This document shows positions 40,280 to 41,031 of a DNA stretch of 41,031 nt, piece by piece. A model generated the notes under the pieces. It worked only from the letters and a program-made list of their open reading frames with translations, was not told where the DNA came from and made no database searches. Origin of the DNA: a virus. Both the position numbers and the translations under genes were made by a program. Location: IMG/VR virus record IMGVR_UViG_3300028534_000009, one strand, 5' to 3'. The first letter of the stretch is position 1, and every line of letters begins with the position of its first letter.

Positions 40280-41031
40280 TTAAATGTCTTTCGTTGAGTT
40301 AAGCAGTTTGACTCGTTGTCTGAACCACAACGGAAAGAAGCTCTTGCGTTGCATGTAGAGTTCATAAGCCCCACCGTCTAACACATAAGTGGTGCAGTAG
40401 TCGTCCTCACTTCTCGTGCCTCTACCAGAACCTTGCACGAGATTGATTGCCTCTAAGTAATTATACCATAACTCCCCTTTCTTACCAAATGCGTAGAGCT
40501 TGGTCGAGGTGTACTTGTCAAGCCCTGGTTTTGGACTCTTGGCAAAAATGATAAACCTGCAAAGGTCTCCTTTAAAGTCAAAGCCTCTCACAACAGCAGG
40601 ACTGATAAGAACAGCGTTCTTGCGTTTCTTGAACTCTCTTAACACATCGTAAACGCTACCGCCTTCGTGAAGAATAACCCTGTCTTTAAATGCCCAAGCA
40701 ATTTTCTTTGCACGATTGTAGCTAACGGAGTGAATAATTCCTCTTTCGTTTGCGTGCTTCTTGAGAATCTTTTCAATAAGAGGAAGAGTAAGTTTGTCAA
40801 AGTAGTGGCTTTCGTTTTGCTTGGTTAAGATAGGCAAAGACTCGAATAACAAGACGGGGCTTCTTTCAGGGTCAAATACGGAAGAGATTTCTAAAGAAGC
40901 AATAGCATTTAAGGGGACATCGTAAAGAAGGCTGAACATAATTCCGTCTGGTAGGGTAGCAGATGTTAAGACGAATTCTTTTCCTTTAACCCAGAAGTCT
41001 TCTGCGTAGTACTGAAACTTGAGCCAGAAGG
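40280..41031 (-). CDS. XPD/DinG-family helicase, C-terminal part (continues from 1..890 across the junction)
   Basis: The ORF is open to the window end. IHSVSYNRAKKI...VLISPAVVRGFDFKGDLCRFIIFAKSPKP...QGSGRGTRSEDDY fits helicase motifs V and VI (QxxGRxxR). The stop is at 40280. Confidence 0.8.
   Translation of the reverse strand, partial: FWLKFQYYAEDFWVKGKEFVLTSATLPDGIMFSLLYDVPLNAIASLEISSVFDPERSPVLLFESLPILTKQNESHYFDKLTLPLIEKILKKHANERGIIHSVSYNRAKKIAWAFKDRVILHEGGSVYDVLREFKKRKNAVLISPAVVRGFDFKGDLCRFIIFAKSPKPGLDKYTSTKLYAFGKKGELWYNYLEAINLVQGSGRGTRSEDDYCTTYVLDGGAYELYMQRKSFFPLWFRQRVKLLNSTKDI
40905..41031. repeat. Terminal direct repeat copy 2, identical to 1..127
   Basis: Read base by base. Confidence 0.95.

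Noticed and set aside
1-41031. Lysogeny module, DGR, toxin-antitoxin, restriction-modification or CRISPR-Cas genes
   Set aside because: I read all listed translations for integrase, recombinase, repressor, reverse transcriptase, methyltransferase and Cas motifs and recognised none. The fibre-like genes have no template or variable repeat pair that I could see. Absence is provisional without profile searches.
40905-41031. 127-nt end repeat as a biological direct terminal repeat
   Set aside because: It lies in the middle of a helicase coding sequence, and its length equals a common assembler k-mer. It most likely marks only circular closure of the contig.

Overview
This window is a complete, circularly closed or circularly permuted dsDNA phage genome. 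Nt 1-127 are identical to nt 40905-41031, so the unique length is 40,904 bp, and one helicase gene is split by the window edge.

The genome has two divergent transcription arms. Both start at a 1.58-kb repeat-dense non-coding hub (9504-11086) and converge on a tRNA-Trp(CCA) gene (34398-34470, minus strand).

- The minus arm runs 9503 down to 1, wraps, and continues 40904 down to 34398. It carries early DNA-metabolism genes: a Sak4-like AAA ATPase, an acidic-tailed SSB-like protein, a Cas4-like Fe-S nuclease, a 2x[4Fe-4S] ferredoxin, an ERCC4/XPF-type nuclease, an XPD/DinG-type Fe-S helicase, a UvrD-like SF1 helicase, an Hjc-like nuclease, a MazG-like pyrophosphohydrolase, a STIV B116/DUF1874-like protein and many small orphans. 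I recognised no DNA polymerase, primase, integrase or repressor.
- The plus arm (11087-34391) carries the virion and lysis genes: portal, two fibre-like proteins, a lysis cassette (lipoprotein, holin, M15 peptidase), very basic small proteins, scaffold, major capsid, tail-tube-like proteins, four large internal-virion-type proteins (up to 1274 aa) and the large terminase. The order resembles a T7-type podovirus, but there is no RNA polymerase.

Three near-identical sigma70-type promoters (TTGACW-16-TATAAA/TAAAAT) head plus-arm units, and two of them follow GGGG-N-CCCC palindromes. A perfect TTGACA-16-TATAAT drives the tRNA.

Strong GGAGG Shine-Dalgarno sites, a lipobox lipoprotein, a peptidoglycan peptidase and K/E/I/Y-rich proteins suggest a bacterial, probably thermophilic host; this is inference. 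All family assignments come from motifs I read in the translations. No database search was possible.
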